NCBI GenBank assembly: GCA_023213395.1
Contig: CM041465.1
Span: 160,525,741 to 160,589,740 of the forward strand
DNA: 64,000 nucleotides
Direction: 5' to 3'
Source: Cycas panzhihuaensis
Lineage: Eukaryota > Plantae > Cycadophyta
Part shown: positions 14,052 through 27,120 of the stretch, piece by piece
Layout of the letters: every line of letters begins with the position of its first letter
How positions within the stretch are numbered: the first letter of the stretch is position 1
Program-made: the position numbers and the translations under genes
The notes under the pieces: generated by a model
The model's database searches: none
What the model saw: the letters and a program-made list of their open reading frames with translations, nothing else
What the model was told of the DNA's origin: nothing

Positions 14052-16084
14052 TTATAGCAAATATGTATTGTAAAGATCTCTTACACCCTTAAATTAAAAA
14101 ATCTCTTTACACACATAGAGATAATTTTGAGAAAGGAAATTTCATAATATATGATAAACTATTTCTTAATATCAGTGCCTAAAAATTAAGATATCCATCC
14201 CAAGATGAGCATATTAACATAAGAAGTACTAAAGAAATCACCAACTAATAAAGGACTGAAGAATTCCATTAAGCTTTAACTGAGTATAATCCTAATAAAT
14301 GTTTAACCATATCAAAATCCTCATCATCATAAGACTCATTAAAAGGCTAACACATGAGCTATTAGATCAAGGAAAAATAATTCTTAGCAAAAGTCCTTTC
14401 ATAGCACTAGTCATTTTGGTTCTAAATAAAGATGGATCTTTTGGAATGCGTGTTGATTATAAGTCTCTCAGTAAGACTACCATTAAGAATTTATTTTTGA
14501 TTCTTCAAATCAAAGATCTTTTAGATGAGCTATATGGTGCCTAGTTTTTCACAAAGATTGATCTTGAATTTGGCTATTAGTTCAGATCACCTAAATACAA
14601 AATATAATATATGAAGATATCACTCTTTAGGCTATGTTGATATTAGGCTTTGTATGGGTCACCTAAATACAACAAGAAAGTACACAAGACTTATATAAAT
14701 ATAAGATCATTCAATAGGTTAAGAATGACTAAAATCAAAATAAGAAATTTAAGTGGAGAAATAATATCCTCTAGTATAAAGAATGGATTTATATTTCTCC
14801 TACTTCAATATTAAATAATATAATATTTCAGGAGTGCCATTCTACTCCTATAGTAGGTCATATAGGGAAAAATATGACTTATAAAAATAGTAAACAATTA
14901 TTTTTTTAGAATAACTTAAAAGTGGATGCACATTAGTATATGGTTGAGTGTGATACTTACAAGATGAACAAATATAAAATAGTGCACATTCCCAACATTC
15001 ATCAACTGTTATATATCTCTAAAAGAAATTTAGAAGTGATATCCATGGATTTCATTATAGGCTTATTGTATTTAGATGAGAATAATATAATATTTATGGT
15101 TTCTAACAAACTTATAAAATATGCTCATTTTAGGTGGATATAATCAACTTTTAAGGTAAGCTAAATACCAAATGTTTTTACTAAAGAGATTCATTAATTA
15201 TATGGATTTCATAGAGTTATTATTAATGATCATGATCCTAAATCCACAAGTATTTTTTTGAATGAGATGCTTACTTTAATTGAAACTAAATTGAATATGA
15301 GTATAACATATCATCCTTAGATAGATTGTCATTTAGAAGTAATTAATAAATATTTGGGGGGTATTTTTATTACTTTGATTTAGAAAATTAATCTCATTTA
15401 CACCATTAGTTACATTTGATTAAATGGTAGTATAATACCACTTACCATATGAAAATATAAATGACTCCATTCTAAGCTCTCTAGTGGTATGATCCACCAT
15501 CTTTAATCTGTGTGGTTACTTAATGTAAAGTTTAAGTAATTAATGACTAAATAGGAAAATAGAACACATACTTAAGAACCATAAGGATAACCTAAAAATA
15601 GCAAGGAATATAATGAAATAACAATAAGATCTATAGTACACTAAAAGATAATTTAATGTCAATGATTGGGTATTTATAAGGTTACAAGCTTATAAATAAA
15701 TTTTATTAAAGAAATCATGAAAGCACAAGTCACAACCAAAATTCTATGACCCTTTTTAAGTGTAAAGAGAAATTGGTAAAGTTGCTTATTAATTGGACAT
15801 TCTAAGTTTAAAAATTCATAATGTCTTCCATGTATCTTACTTAAAACATAAACTTAGAGACAAAGTTACAATATAAACAACTTTACCAAAATTAAATGAA
15901 GAAGGATGTACATCATACAACCTAAGGAAATAATATAAGTAAGATCAAGACAACCATGCAATAGGGAAATAAAAGAATATCTTATCAAATGGAAGGACAT
16001 GGACATTAAAGATATGACTTAGAAAGATGAAAGCTGGGAGAAATAGAATTTATAGAGGTAAAGCATTTTTTGAGAGGGGGGACT

Positions 16085-16485
16085 TGTTATAAAGCCAGGG
16101 AATTAGTAATTTATATATTTTATTATAATGCTAAGGGATACACCCCTTCTAAAGTAACATATACATTAGAAGTAGTATGAAGCCAAGGCATATGACCCCT
16201 CTATGAATCGACATATTTGTTAAAAGTGGTCATTCATGAAATATTAAAAGGGTAAGAGTTTAATTAAAGAGATCATTATGGTGGAATATTTCTTGGAGCT
16301 TTCATATTTGGAGGTAACTATAATCATCAATGAACTTTGAGAGGAGCCCTTGCCTCAAAGCAAATTAACTTTTAAACCTTTTGATTATTCTTTTATATTA
16401 TTATTACTATTATTAATATTATTTTTTGATTATTTATGTATTATTATATGTGGATATATTATAGAATCCTATTAGGTTCATAATA
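16085..16485 (+). repeat. 3' LTR
   Basis: Follows the PPT, starts TGTTAT and matches the 5' LTR. Confidence 0.85.
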
Positions 16486-17552
16486 ATTTCCACAATAAAA
16501 ACTTATGTATCTTATTCTCTACTAGTTTTGTATGATCAACCTCTTACTAATAGAGTACATAGTTAAGGAAAAGTAAATACTAACCTAGAATGAATTAAAG
16601 GGTTATTTAATAATTGAATAGGGACAAGTAAGGAGGAGATGACATAAATACATGACCCTAGAATAAACCCAAAGGATGAGGAGGGATCTGAGTAGGGAGA
16701 GGCATGGATATGCATCCCTTTAGGGGGCGTATACATCTCTTATGCATAGGTGTGGGGATGATTGTTAGTATACTTGCTAGGTCGAGTAAGGGTAATGTAT
16801 AGATATATATAATATATTAGAAAAAGAAGAGAATAAAAGAGAAACTAAAAAGAAAAATAAGACTAACTAATAACTAAACTGTGTAATGCAATCATACAGA
16901 TGAGGTAGCAGTGCATCAATTAAGAAAGTGAATTGAAAACTAACTATAAAGCTTAAGATAATATCAATTAAACAAATAGTCAATGTTTGTAGGACCAAAT
17001 AATAAAATAAAATCCCTAATAATATGAGGGGATCTGTCTGTAGGACCAAACAATAAAATAAAATCCCTAATAATATGAGGAGGTCCATTGAGCATAGGTA
17101 CCCAAACTCTTATATGACTATGCACTTATCCTAATAAACTAAACCCACCTAAGTAGACTGATCTAACTTAACATAGAGTCCTACGTGACCCCAAGATAAT
17201 GGACTCAATGTATAAAAATAGGGGAAATGATTATCCATAGCAAGAGGTTTAAAGGAATCGAGACCATAGGATAGATTCACTTATGGATAAGTTAATGGGG
17301 ACTTACTTAAAATGTAAAGTAAAGTTAGAGACAAAATTACAATATAAATGACTTTGTCAGAATTAGATGAAGAAGGATTACATATCATATAACTTGAGAG
17401 AATAATATAAGTAAGATTAAGATAACTATTTAATAGGGAAATAAAATAATATCTCATCAAATGAAAGGACATGGACATTAAATATGTGACTCAAGAAGAT
17501 GAAAATTAGCACTAATAGAATTTATAGGGGTAAAGTATTTATTGAAAGGGGG

Positions 17553-18234
17553 TGTGTGTGCCTTAATCATACTATTAGCATACATAAATTCAGAAGAGAA
17601 AGACGCACACTTTGAGGGGTAAAATCATTCGAAATTACTTTAATTCAGAATAAGGCACTGTGTCTAGTCCTCTCACAACTAGACGCCTATCAGAATAGTA
17701 TAATTGGCTACCCTAACATGTGGCATAGCACAAATAATATACATGCATGCAAACTAGATGATTTACACATCGCGGTTCCAACTCTTATATACAATATAGG
17801 TTAATTACATAACTATTTTCGAACTAGTCCTAATAATAACTTATTTCTTTTCAACTGTCATTGGCCTACTCGCTGCCCAGACTGACCCATATTCTGCCCG
17901 AATAGCACCTGTAGTAGCAGCTGTAGCGCCTGGGTAGCAGTTGTCACACCTGAGTAGAAGTTGCTATACTTATGTAGCAGTTGCCACATCTGAGTAGTAG
18001 TTCACGCACCGTATGCCATTCACTTTGAGTAGTAGTTGTCGCACCTGAGTAGTGGTTGTCGCACTTATGTAGCAGTTGCTGCACCTACGTAGCAGCTCCA
18101 TAGTAGTTCTGTAGCAGTTGTAGTAGCATTGTAATAGCCCTATGTGATGCTTGACATCGTAGTAGCCACCAGTAGTAGTTGTAGCGATCAGTAGTAGTTA
18201 TAGCAATAAAATTAACTACTTTTACCTACACACA
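17553..18234 (-). repeat. 3' LTR (682 bp) with an internal ~20-bp minisatellite (~17905-18205)
   Basis: Matches 27121-27816. Repeated GTAGCAGTTG(T/C)C(G/A)CACCTGA-like units. Confidence 0.95.
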
Positions 18235-18292
18235 TCTTCCCAGCTGCCTCTTTTGAATGAGTAGCATACTCGTTCATAAAAATTCCACTATT

Positions 18293-19945
18293 TTAGCTTC
18301 TTCTTTGAGCCTCTTTTATCTTTATTCTTTCCTGGTGTATATACTCCATCTCTAGCTCAGCGATATGAGGGGGTATCTTTAATCCATTCTTCTTCAGATA
18401 TTTACATAACATAATCACATCCTGCATGGTATCTAGCAAGGCTGATGTTGGTTTTTCTCTCGATTATAGGTGGTCAATTTCTTGGTTGAGCTCCATATTA
18501 ACTCTTTCTGTTAATTCCAAATGATCCCTATATGCCTTGCACTCTTACCATAGATTCTTACATCACTCTGATTCTTCATCTGATTTTATAATCCATGCTC
18601 CCAGCTGATGATAAATTGGCTGTATATCCACCAAAATGTGTTTGTCAAATCTCCTTCTAAACTCCTCCACCTGTAGTCTGACTTCATTAATATCGTCTAC
18701 CCACTCCATTATGAATTCCTTAAGGGATTCCAATTTCTTTTTCGTAATCTAATGAATCTTTCTCAAAGATTCATCTGGCGGTTTAGCCTTACTTTTCAGT
18801 TCCATAACCAACTGCCTGGTTACTTTTGCCAGAAATGATGTTCTCTAATTTGCTACATCCTGCACATCGTACTCTATCAAATCTAACCCTTCTTCTAATA
18901 CCTCCATGTTCGTATTGAATTCTACTTTCGGTGGTTGGTTGTTCAACATTTCTATTATTTCCCTCTTTCTTTTCTCTTGTGCTACAGATCTTTGTTTTTG
19001 CTTATTTATTTCTGACCTGCTTCCTTTTCTCCTGTCTTCCGCCACTTTAAGCGTTTCTTGGATTCTTTCTTTTCTCGCTTCCTCTGCTACTGTTGGTGTG
19101 TCTTCAGTCCTTGAACTTGCTTCTGGTTCCCAGTTAACCTTCTCTTTTCCCTTCTGTGCTATAGGTTGTTGAACTTCTGGCGCCATTTCGTTCATTTGAT
19201 AGAGCTTCTCTATCTAAACTTGTACTTGTTCCTGTTTCTTTTCCCTCTTACTTGCATTCTCATTTGTCTAAATGGCCAAGGGAGATTGCTGCTCATTTCC
19301 CTTAGGCATACTAATGTTACGGCATTGAAACAAAAGTAAACCCTGCAAAATAGTAACATAGTAGAAAGGAACGATTTTACTTGATTTCCTAATGACCTGT
19401 AAAGTATCCAAAAGTTTTTGCTTTATAAATCTTGCCTAGTTTAAGACTTCCCCCTAGGCCACATCATTTAGCATTATTCGCAGATTACTAGGTGCAAAAG
19501 CGTTTTTCTACGTAAGTACAATTTTCAAAAAAATAAACTGGGCAATGAAGCATCTATTAGGGTCTACTATCCCTGCTATCCTTATTCCGACCATCGTCGC
19601 ATCCTTGCTTGCTGCTCCCATGATCTTCACTGCTTCTTTGTGAGATATCAGAGTATCTTAATGAATTTCTGTGCCATTACTCGGCAAACTCGTGGCTGCC
19701 ATTAACATGTCTTCCGTTATCTGTACCATTTATGGGTACTTAGCTAAGAGCGGAAGTATTCTTTACATAAAATTTTCTATATTTTTGAACACTCCCACTA
19801 TCACGAATTTTTGCAACTCTGCCTGACAGACTAACTGATGTCTCTTATCATCTTTTGGTATCATATGCCATTCCTCCCATATTCAAACGTCATCATTTTC
19901 TTGAATTAAGATTTTTGACACCATTTCTTCTACTGTACTAGCCAT
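18293..19945 (-). pseudogene. Extra ~550-codon ORF between integrase and 3' LTR (env-like position), broken by point stops
   Basis: AAAAATGGC start at 19945, in frame with ORF 18845-19195. Reads MASTVEEMVSKILIQ..QITEDMLMAATSLPSNG..GEVLN*ARFIKQKL, then E/K/Q-rich putative coiled coil. Confidence 0.75.
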
Positions 19946-20454
19946 TTTTAATTTCCTTGCTGTAGTCACTGAATTTGTTGTACCTGTGATGCAATAGTTG
20001 TAAACCAGCCTTCTAATTCCATGAGCTAAATACTACAACTATAAGCATACCGATCTGTGGCCGTTGTATGTTTTATTACCCTTACTTTTTGATTTGACAG
20101 ACTTTCATTTAATCATACTGTATTATAATCATAATTACGATCTTCGCAGCTTCCGTGTCTGTGTTATGATAACATTATTTATTATCGGTCATCTTCGCAT
20201 CATCCGTCAGTTCCGTCAACGCCACTTTCTAAATCATCGTCCTTTTCCTACCATCAGTCTATTTCCCCCGCTAGTCACCTTACCGTCAGTCATATTTTTG
20301 CCTGTTTCTACCACTGGTCACATTGCTGTTGATCCCATTTATGCTGGTTCCCACCGTTGGTCATATCTCCGCTGTTGGACACATCATGTTTTCATGCACC
20401 ACCTTTGTACTATCTCTTAATGACAATAATTTTACCCCCCCCCCCCCACCATTT

Positions 20455-23400
20455 TTTTTACATTCGATATAATTTCAATCTACTGCCATTGACTAATTTA
20501 GTTAATGGATGTCCATCCAACTGCTGCAATTTGACTACTCCATTCTCATAAATAAATTGAATCCTATATGGTCTTAACCATCTAATTTTTATTTTTCTTG
20601 GTTTAAATTTAAATTTACTATCATACAATAATACTAAATCATTTACCTTAAATTTAGGCTTTTTGATATGGCGATCATGCCGTGTTTTCTGTCTTTTCTT
20701 TTCTACTTTTATTTCTCATAGTGCTCGCGCTCTGGTCTTGTCCAGCTTCATTAATTGGATCAATCGCTGGTCGAGAGAAATCTTGGGATCTGTCCTGAGG
20801 TATTGCGCCACTCTCAGGTTTTTTGCTTGAAATTTGAGAGGAACTACAGCTTCCAATCCATACACCAACTGGAATGGTGTTTGTTTATGTGATCGCTTCT
20901 TCAACTTCTATCTCGCTGAAGGATCGAATCGACTTTTACTTGATCAGTTCATTGTCCATTGCAAATTTTCATCAAGGTGATCTTCAAAATTTTATTTGTA
21001 CTTTCTACTTGACCATTTGCTCTAGGGTAATATAACAAAGATTTGCGATGTTGAATAAAAAATTTTGTAGTCAAGTATTTGATTGTTTGATTCAGGAAAG
21101 TACCTCCTTGATCAGACACAATCTCCAAGGGATAACCAAACCTTATAATAATAACTTCATAAAAGAAGTGAGATGTGCTTCTTGCATCACACCTTTTCAT
21201 TGGTTTCACTTAAGTCCATTTAGTTAAAAAGTCTGTGGCTACCAATATATACCTTGCATTAGTCTTTCTTGCTAGTGGACTGATTAGTCCAATAAAATCT
21301 AATCCCAATTTTTTAAATAGAGCTTGGGCCAATATGGGATGAAGCGGCATAAAATTCTGTTTTGATGGCTTACGTGCTCTTTGATAAATATCACAGGTTT
21401 TTACCCACTTTTCTGCATCTTAAAACAATGTGGGCCACCATAATCTTGCTGTCAATACTTTTCTAGCTGTGACTTCTCCTCCATAATATGTTATAGTTAT
21501 CCCTTCATGAGCTTCTTTCAGTAATGGTTCTACTTCATGTTGAAATATACACCTTCACAAAATTTCATTAAGTCCTAATTTATACAACATACCACCTATT
21601 AGTTGGAATGGGAAAGTTTTCTTAATAAAACTTTTCCTTTCAACCTTTTCCAATCCTTGAGGTATTTGTCCCGTTGTTAAATACTCTGCATTTCCCTCGT
21701 ACCATACTGGCACGACCTCAACTGAGAATAATTTATGATCTGGAAAATCATCAAATACTCCCTTACCTGTTTCATTGTCTTTTATTCGTGACAACTGATC
21801 TGGTATTATGTGTTTCTCCCCCTTTTTCACCATAATTTTAAACATAAATTCTTGAAATAACATTAGCTAGCGGCTAATTCTCCCCTGCAGAATTGGTTTA
21901 TTAATCAAGTATTAAAGAGCCTGATGATCTACAAAAAATACAAATGGATTTGCCAACAAGTAATGCCTAAACCTTTGTAGGGCATACACCATGCCTAATC
22001 CTTCTCATTCAATAACTGTATAGTTACACTTAGTGGATGTCAATTTTCTACTTGCAAAAGTAATTGAAAGATCTATTTTTTAATCTTTCGGTTGGGCCAA
22101 CACACAACCAATGGCATACAGTGATGCATCTACATGGACATGGAACAGTTTGTTCCAGTCTAGAAATTTAAGAACAGGAGCTTCAACTATCTTCTTCTTC
22201 AGAGTATCAAAAGATAGTTGTTATTGTAATGTCTATTCCCACTTAGTGGTTTTTTCAACAAGGACTCGAGAGGATGGGCTATTCGAGCATAATTTCTTAT
22301 AAATTTCCAATAATAACTGGTCATTCCTAAGAAACCTTTGAGGTTTTTTGGTGTTTGAGGAATAGGGAATCTCAAAATCACTTCCACCTTTGCCGGGTCA
22401 GTCTTCAATCCTTCCTTTGAGATAATATGTCCCAACAACGATCCAAATGGTACCAAAAAGGTACATTTGTCTGGATTTAAACATAGTCTACTTTCCCTAC
22501 ATAATTCTAACATTAGCCTTAATTGAGATAAATGTTTTTCTACTATACTATACAGAGTCTAATCATCTAAATATACTTCCACTACTTTCCCTAACAATTT
22601 CCTAAAGGTGTTTAAAATAACCCTTTGAAAGGTTGCGGGAGCATTTGTCAGCCCAAATGGCATGACCCTATATGCATATGTACCCCATTCTGTAATAAAT
22701 GTTATCTTCAATTGGTCTTCAAGTGCAATATGAACTTAATTATAACCACTGAATCTATCTGTGAATGAGAAAATTTCATGTCCCGCTACTTTCTCTAGCA
22801 CATCTTCGGTGAAGCGTATGAGGAATGGATCTTTCTTCGTTGCTTTATTCAAAGCTCTGTAATCAACACATATGCATAATTTCCCATTCTTTTGGGTACT
22901 ACCACCATCGGGCTTACCCATTCACTGTTTTCTACCTCAAATATATATCCAGCTTCTAATAATTTATCTAATTCTATCTTTACTTGCTCCTTATAGCGTA
23001 AATTCATCCTGTAAGGTCTTTGCCTTACTGGTTTTGTATTTTCTATTAGCTCAATTCTGTGTTCTCCTAACTTTGGGGGAATTCCTTTTAGGTCTTTATA
23101 AGACCATGCAAAAACATCATTGAATTCCTGAAAAAGAGATGTAGCTTCTTGCATTATTACAGGTTCCTAATAATCACCTAATTGTATCCACTTGGGATTG
23201 TCCTCTGTCCCCACATTAATGGTTTTGAGCTACAGCTTTTCCCTCTGAATGGATTTTCCATCCAAATTCAATTCATAGGCTGGTGCCTACAAAATTTCTT
23301 TATTCCCATATTCAACAATAGAATATGTTCTAGGAAAGTTCCTTTCTTCTTTAGAGTCTTCTTTAGAACATACCATATTTTTAGACAATTCATACAAGTA

Positions 23401-24208
23401 ATCATTTTGTATTTTATTAAAGGGAAGAATTACGTCATCTTCTTTAGAATTCCATGATACATTGTTACCTTTACTTGGTTCATCCAGACACAATTCCATC
23501 AGATAACATTTTAAGGATTCTCCAGTTTCTTCCCAAGCTGATTGTAACCAGTCTAAAATATGCAGACGAAGTCTCACTTGCAATTTGTAGAGGGGTCTTT
23601 AATGCTTGGAACGTTGTCTCTGAACAGGGACTTACTGTCGTAGCTGTTGATGCTATTGTTGAGGGCATTCGATCTTCATCTTCTATTTTTTCAACATGTG
23701 GACCATCTGAACACTAAGGCAGTATAACTTTCTTTCCTGTAGAATACAAGGTAAGAGTCAATCTTCCCCAATCCTACAAAGCCTTTGTTGCCAGCAACCA
23801 TGGTCATCCTAATAGTGCTGGATATGTTTTACTATGATCCTGCATTCTGATGACTACAAAATCCAGATGAACTGTAATTCCTACTACAGTTACTGGGATG
23901 TTCAACAAGGACCCCATGGGTCAAACCTATAATCGGTTAGCTAACTGAATTGTATAATCCGAGGAAACCAATTTTGGCCATCCCAAAGAGATCCAAGAAG
24001 ATTCAGGAAGTACATTTACTCTTGATCCCCCATCCACCACTGTTTTGCAAATTAAGGTTCCCAATAACACCATTGGAACTCGTGGGTTAACTGCATCCAT
24101 CTTCATTGTTCTTAATACTGGTTTTTCCATATGATGCAGAAAATAACCAGCTTCCCACCATTTAAAAATCACAGATATAGGAATAGATATACCTGATTCC
24201 ATTAGCAA
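20455..24208 (-). pseudogene. pol: pol: protease, reverse transcriptase, RNase H, integrase
   Basis: VVDGGSRVNVL (PR); SEWVSPMVVVPK, CVDYRALN, MPFGL, YLDD (RT); HVDAS, DHQAL (RH); IVSDQG, YYPRANGQVE, TPFQLVYG (IN). Confidence 0.93.
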
Positions 24209-24490
24209 CTCCTTTACAATTTACAATTTTTGCCAAGGATTTTACTCTTCGTGTGCTAATGATCTTCTTTGGTATACCTATCCTTTGAATCGATTTGCTT
24301 ATTCCATCTCATCCAATTATATTGTCCTTGTAACCTCTTGTAGTGCATCAACTGCTTCCTGTAGTCTCTTCTTTTCCACCACTGGGTCTGGAAAATTTGT
24401 ATTGTCTGTTATGTTTGTGGCTTTTCTGCTTCTTGTTTGAACATATACTAGCTTTTCCTTGTCTAGAAATTTTGTAGCTAGATTTGAAGT

Positions 24491-25717
24491 TTACATTTTG
24501 AGACCAGGATTCTTTGGACAACTCGCCCATTCATGGTCTGCTGGGCCACATTCTTCATAGATATAATCCTTTCCTTGCTTCTCTAATGGATAGTCTGTCC
24601 TGAAATGTCCCCATCTTGAGCACAGATGACAGTGGACTAGTTTTGTCTTCCCTTTATATTGCTTAAAGGAAGAATTTTCTTTCTTTTGGTAAAAGGATTC
24701 TCTTAGTGGAGTTCCGTAATAATATTCCCATGTGTTATGGTTTTCCCTTTTACAGATTTCACACCATTTTTTTTCTCTTTGCTGGTGTTCATTTCTAAAA
24801 TAACCCTGTTGTCCATAAGAGGGTGGGCACCATATGTTCTCTCGTGATTTTCCCAATTTTAATTTAGCTATTTTAGTTCTTAACTTTTCAATCTCTTCAT
24901 TTTACTAATTTTTAGCAGGCATTATAAAGGGCCACTGTTTCAGTATTTTTAGTTCTTTTCTCAACTTTTTAATTTCTGGATTTGTGGACCATAAGGACAT
25001 TTGCCCAGAATTTTGGATTCCATTATATGCTATCCTCATCTGATTTTCAAATCGTAACACCAATTCTTTAACTTGCTCATAATTATTTAAAGGATAAAAC
25101 ATGATTTTTTCTTTTGAGTGAGGTAATAAACCTTGTACAAAATATTTGAGTGACAGCATTAGATTAATTGGAACAAGAGGATCCATTTTATTTAATATAA
25201 TCTTTAATCTACCATCAAAGTCATTAACTAATTCACCTAGAATTTGCCTGATTTCTTCTAGTGCCTGAAACACTACCATTGGATCTCTTAACCTTTGAAA
25301 TCTATCTAGAAATTTTGTTTGAACTACTTCCCAACTGGGATTTGCTCTTGCAATATATTGGTACCATGCGATTACTGTTCCTTGCAATGTGGAAAAGAAT
25401 CTTGCTTTGATTTCTTTTGGGTCTTTAATTTTCTTGATTTTTAATATATTAGAGAACAAAGCTAGATGATCTCTGGGATCTCTAGAACCATCAAACTGAA
25501 GATGTCCAAACATGGTATCATTTTGAACTACTACATATGGAGAAATTATTTGGCTTCCTCTGCTACCTTGTGACATCGTTCTTGGACCTAAAGATTCTGG
25601 TCTTGCTGGTTCAATTATGTTTAATTCTTCCTCACTTCCCCCTTGTCTTAATGTTGCACTTTCTGGGCTATCTTCAATGAATGATGATCTTGTAAACATA
25701 CAAGTCATTCTATACAA
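24491..25717 (-). pseudogene. gag: gag (capsid domain plus zinc knuckles)
   Basis: FDGSRDPRDHL, FFSTLQGTVIAWY, YFVQGL; knuckles CEICKRENH and CHLCSRWGH. Confidence 0.9.
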
Positions 25718-26009
25718 TGGGTTTAATACATGAGTGTGACCTTCTTTTACCTAAAGAATACAACAGTCCCACCCTACTGAGGTGGTGCTGTATACTTCTA
25801 ATTTTAACAAATTTTCTTCCCTTATATCAGTCTATAAACTTCCTCTTTGCTTGTTTATTAATTCTTGCTTTTCTTTGGGATTCAAGTCCTCCTGCAATGT
25901 TTCCTTATACCTTGGCAATTCTTCAGTATTTAATATTTTCTATGAATTTTTAGGATTTAACAGTAATTCTACATAGTTCTTCTATTGATTATTCCACCTG
26001 TCTATGTCT

Positions 26010-26666
26010 TCTTTAAGGCGCAACCCTTACTGGGTTTGCCGGTCTACTACTTGCTGAATTTTTAGTAGATTTTCAACTTCTTCTAGCTGCAACCCTTAAT
26101 GGGTTTTCCATCCTTCTTCTTACTACGTTTTTAGTAAATTTTCAGCCTCTTCTTAGTGCAACCCTTGCTAGGTTTCCTGCCCTTCTTCGTGCTGATTTTT
26201 TAGCAAATTTTTAGCGTCTTCTTGGCACAACCCTTGCTGGGTTTGCTGCCCTTCTTCTTGCTGATTTTTCAGCAAGTTTTCAACTTCTTCTTAGTGTAAC
26301 CCTTGATGGGTTTGTTGCCCTTCTTCATGCTAAATTTTCAGTAGATTTTCAACTTCTTCTTAGTGCAATCCTTGCTAGGTTTGCTGCCATTCTTTGTGAT
26401 AAAATTTCAGCAAATTTTTAGCTTCTTCTTGGTGCAACCCTTGTTGGGTTTACTGCCCTTCTTCGTGCTAATTTTTTAGCAAATTTTCAGCTTCTTCTTA
26501 GTGCAACCCTTGCTGGGTTTACTGCCCTTCTTTATGCTAAATTTTTAGTAAATTTTCTTTTTCTACTTGGTGCAACCCTGGCTGGGTTTGATGCCCTTCT
26601 TCTTGCTAATTTTTTAGTAAATTTTCTTTTTCTACTTGGCGCAACCCTGGCTGGGTTTGCTGCCCT
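26010..26666 (-). repeat. Ten-copy 69-bp tandem repeat (23 codons per unit) upstream of gag
   Basis: AA(C/T)CCT anchor at 26022, 26091, 26160, 26229, 26298, 26367, 26436, 26505, 26574 and 26643, an exact 69-bp period. Confidence 0.95.
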
Positions 26667-27105
26667 AAATCAACTACTTATTTTTGCTTTAAATTTTGAA
26701 TTATTCCCAAATTCTCCTGTACCTGATCATCTTCAAGATTTTGCAGGTTTATATCTTCTTAGTATTCTTTTTCCGCTTGGCTTGGCTCTTCTTTTTCGTC
26801 AGGAATTTTACCTTCTTTTTCCTCCTTTGGCTGACTCATGTCTTTTTAGGGCTCCTCATCCTTATTACATTCTATCAGTGCTACTAGGGTTTGGCTTTCT
26901 TCCTACCGCCCCTTCTAACTTTGCTTCTTTACTAGTTTTCTCTCTATTGGCTCCCTGGGTCTTCGCGCACCTTCCTGGCTCTTTTCTGCATCCTAGCGTC
27001 AGCTTCTTTCATCTTGCATCTTTGTCTTCTTCAACGAGATAACCCTAGGTGGTATGAGTGGCCTCTGGGTTTTAGCATTTCATCATGTTTCTATTAGGAA
27101 ATCTA

Positions 27106-27117
27106 GCAACGGAACCA
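27106..27117 (-). promoter_or_regulatory. Primer binding site, complementary to the tRNA-Glu 3' end
   Basis: TGGTTCCGTTGC, 3 nt inside the 5' LTR boundary; complement of plant cytosolic tRNA-Glu ...GCAACGGAA-CCA (from memory). Confidence 0.8.
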
Positions 27118-27120
27118 AGA

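Larger units (their letters stand above)
10836..16485 (+). mobile_element. Internally deleted Ty3/Gypsy chromovirus with two LTRs
   Basis: Matching LTRs at 10836-11225 and 16085-16485. Degenerate iMet PBS TGATATCAAAGC at 11228. PPT GAGAGGGGGGA at ~16072-16082. Gag remnant ~11900-12650, RT N-terminus 14299-14580 (KDGSFGMRVDYKSL), integrase 14780-15850 (ISMDFI) and chromodomain (EYLIKWK ~15975). Imperfect TSD GTTTT/ATTTC. Confidence 0.88.

Noticed and set aside
16867-17478. Repeated small ORFs (also 28958-29149 and 29734-30122) suggesting a gene family
   Set aside because: They come from the tandem units: antisense of the chromodomain, or LTR sequence.
18906-19172. Hydrophobic, membrane-like ORF (also 26696-27042 and 25717-25953)
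   Set aside because: These are antisense shadows of purine-rich E/K/Q-coding frames on the other strand.
26010-26666. CRISPR-like regular array
   Set aside because: The whole 69-bp unit repeats with no unique spacers, there are no cas genes, and the context is a eukaryotic retrotransposon.
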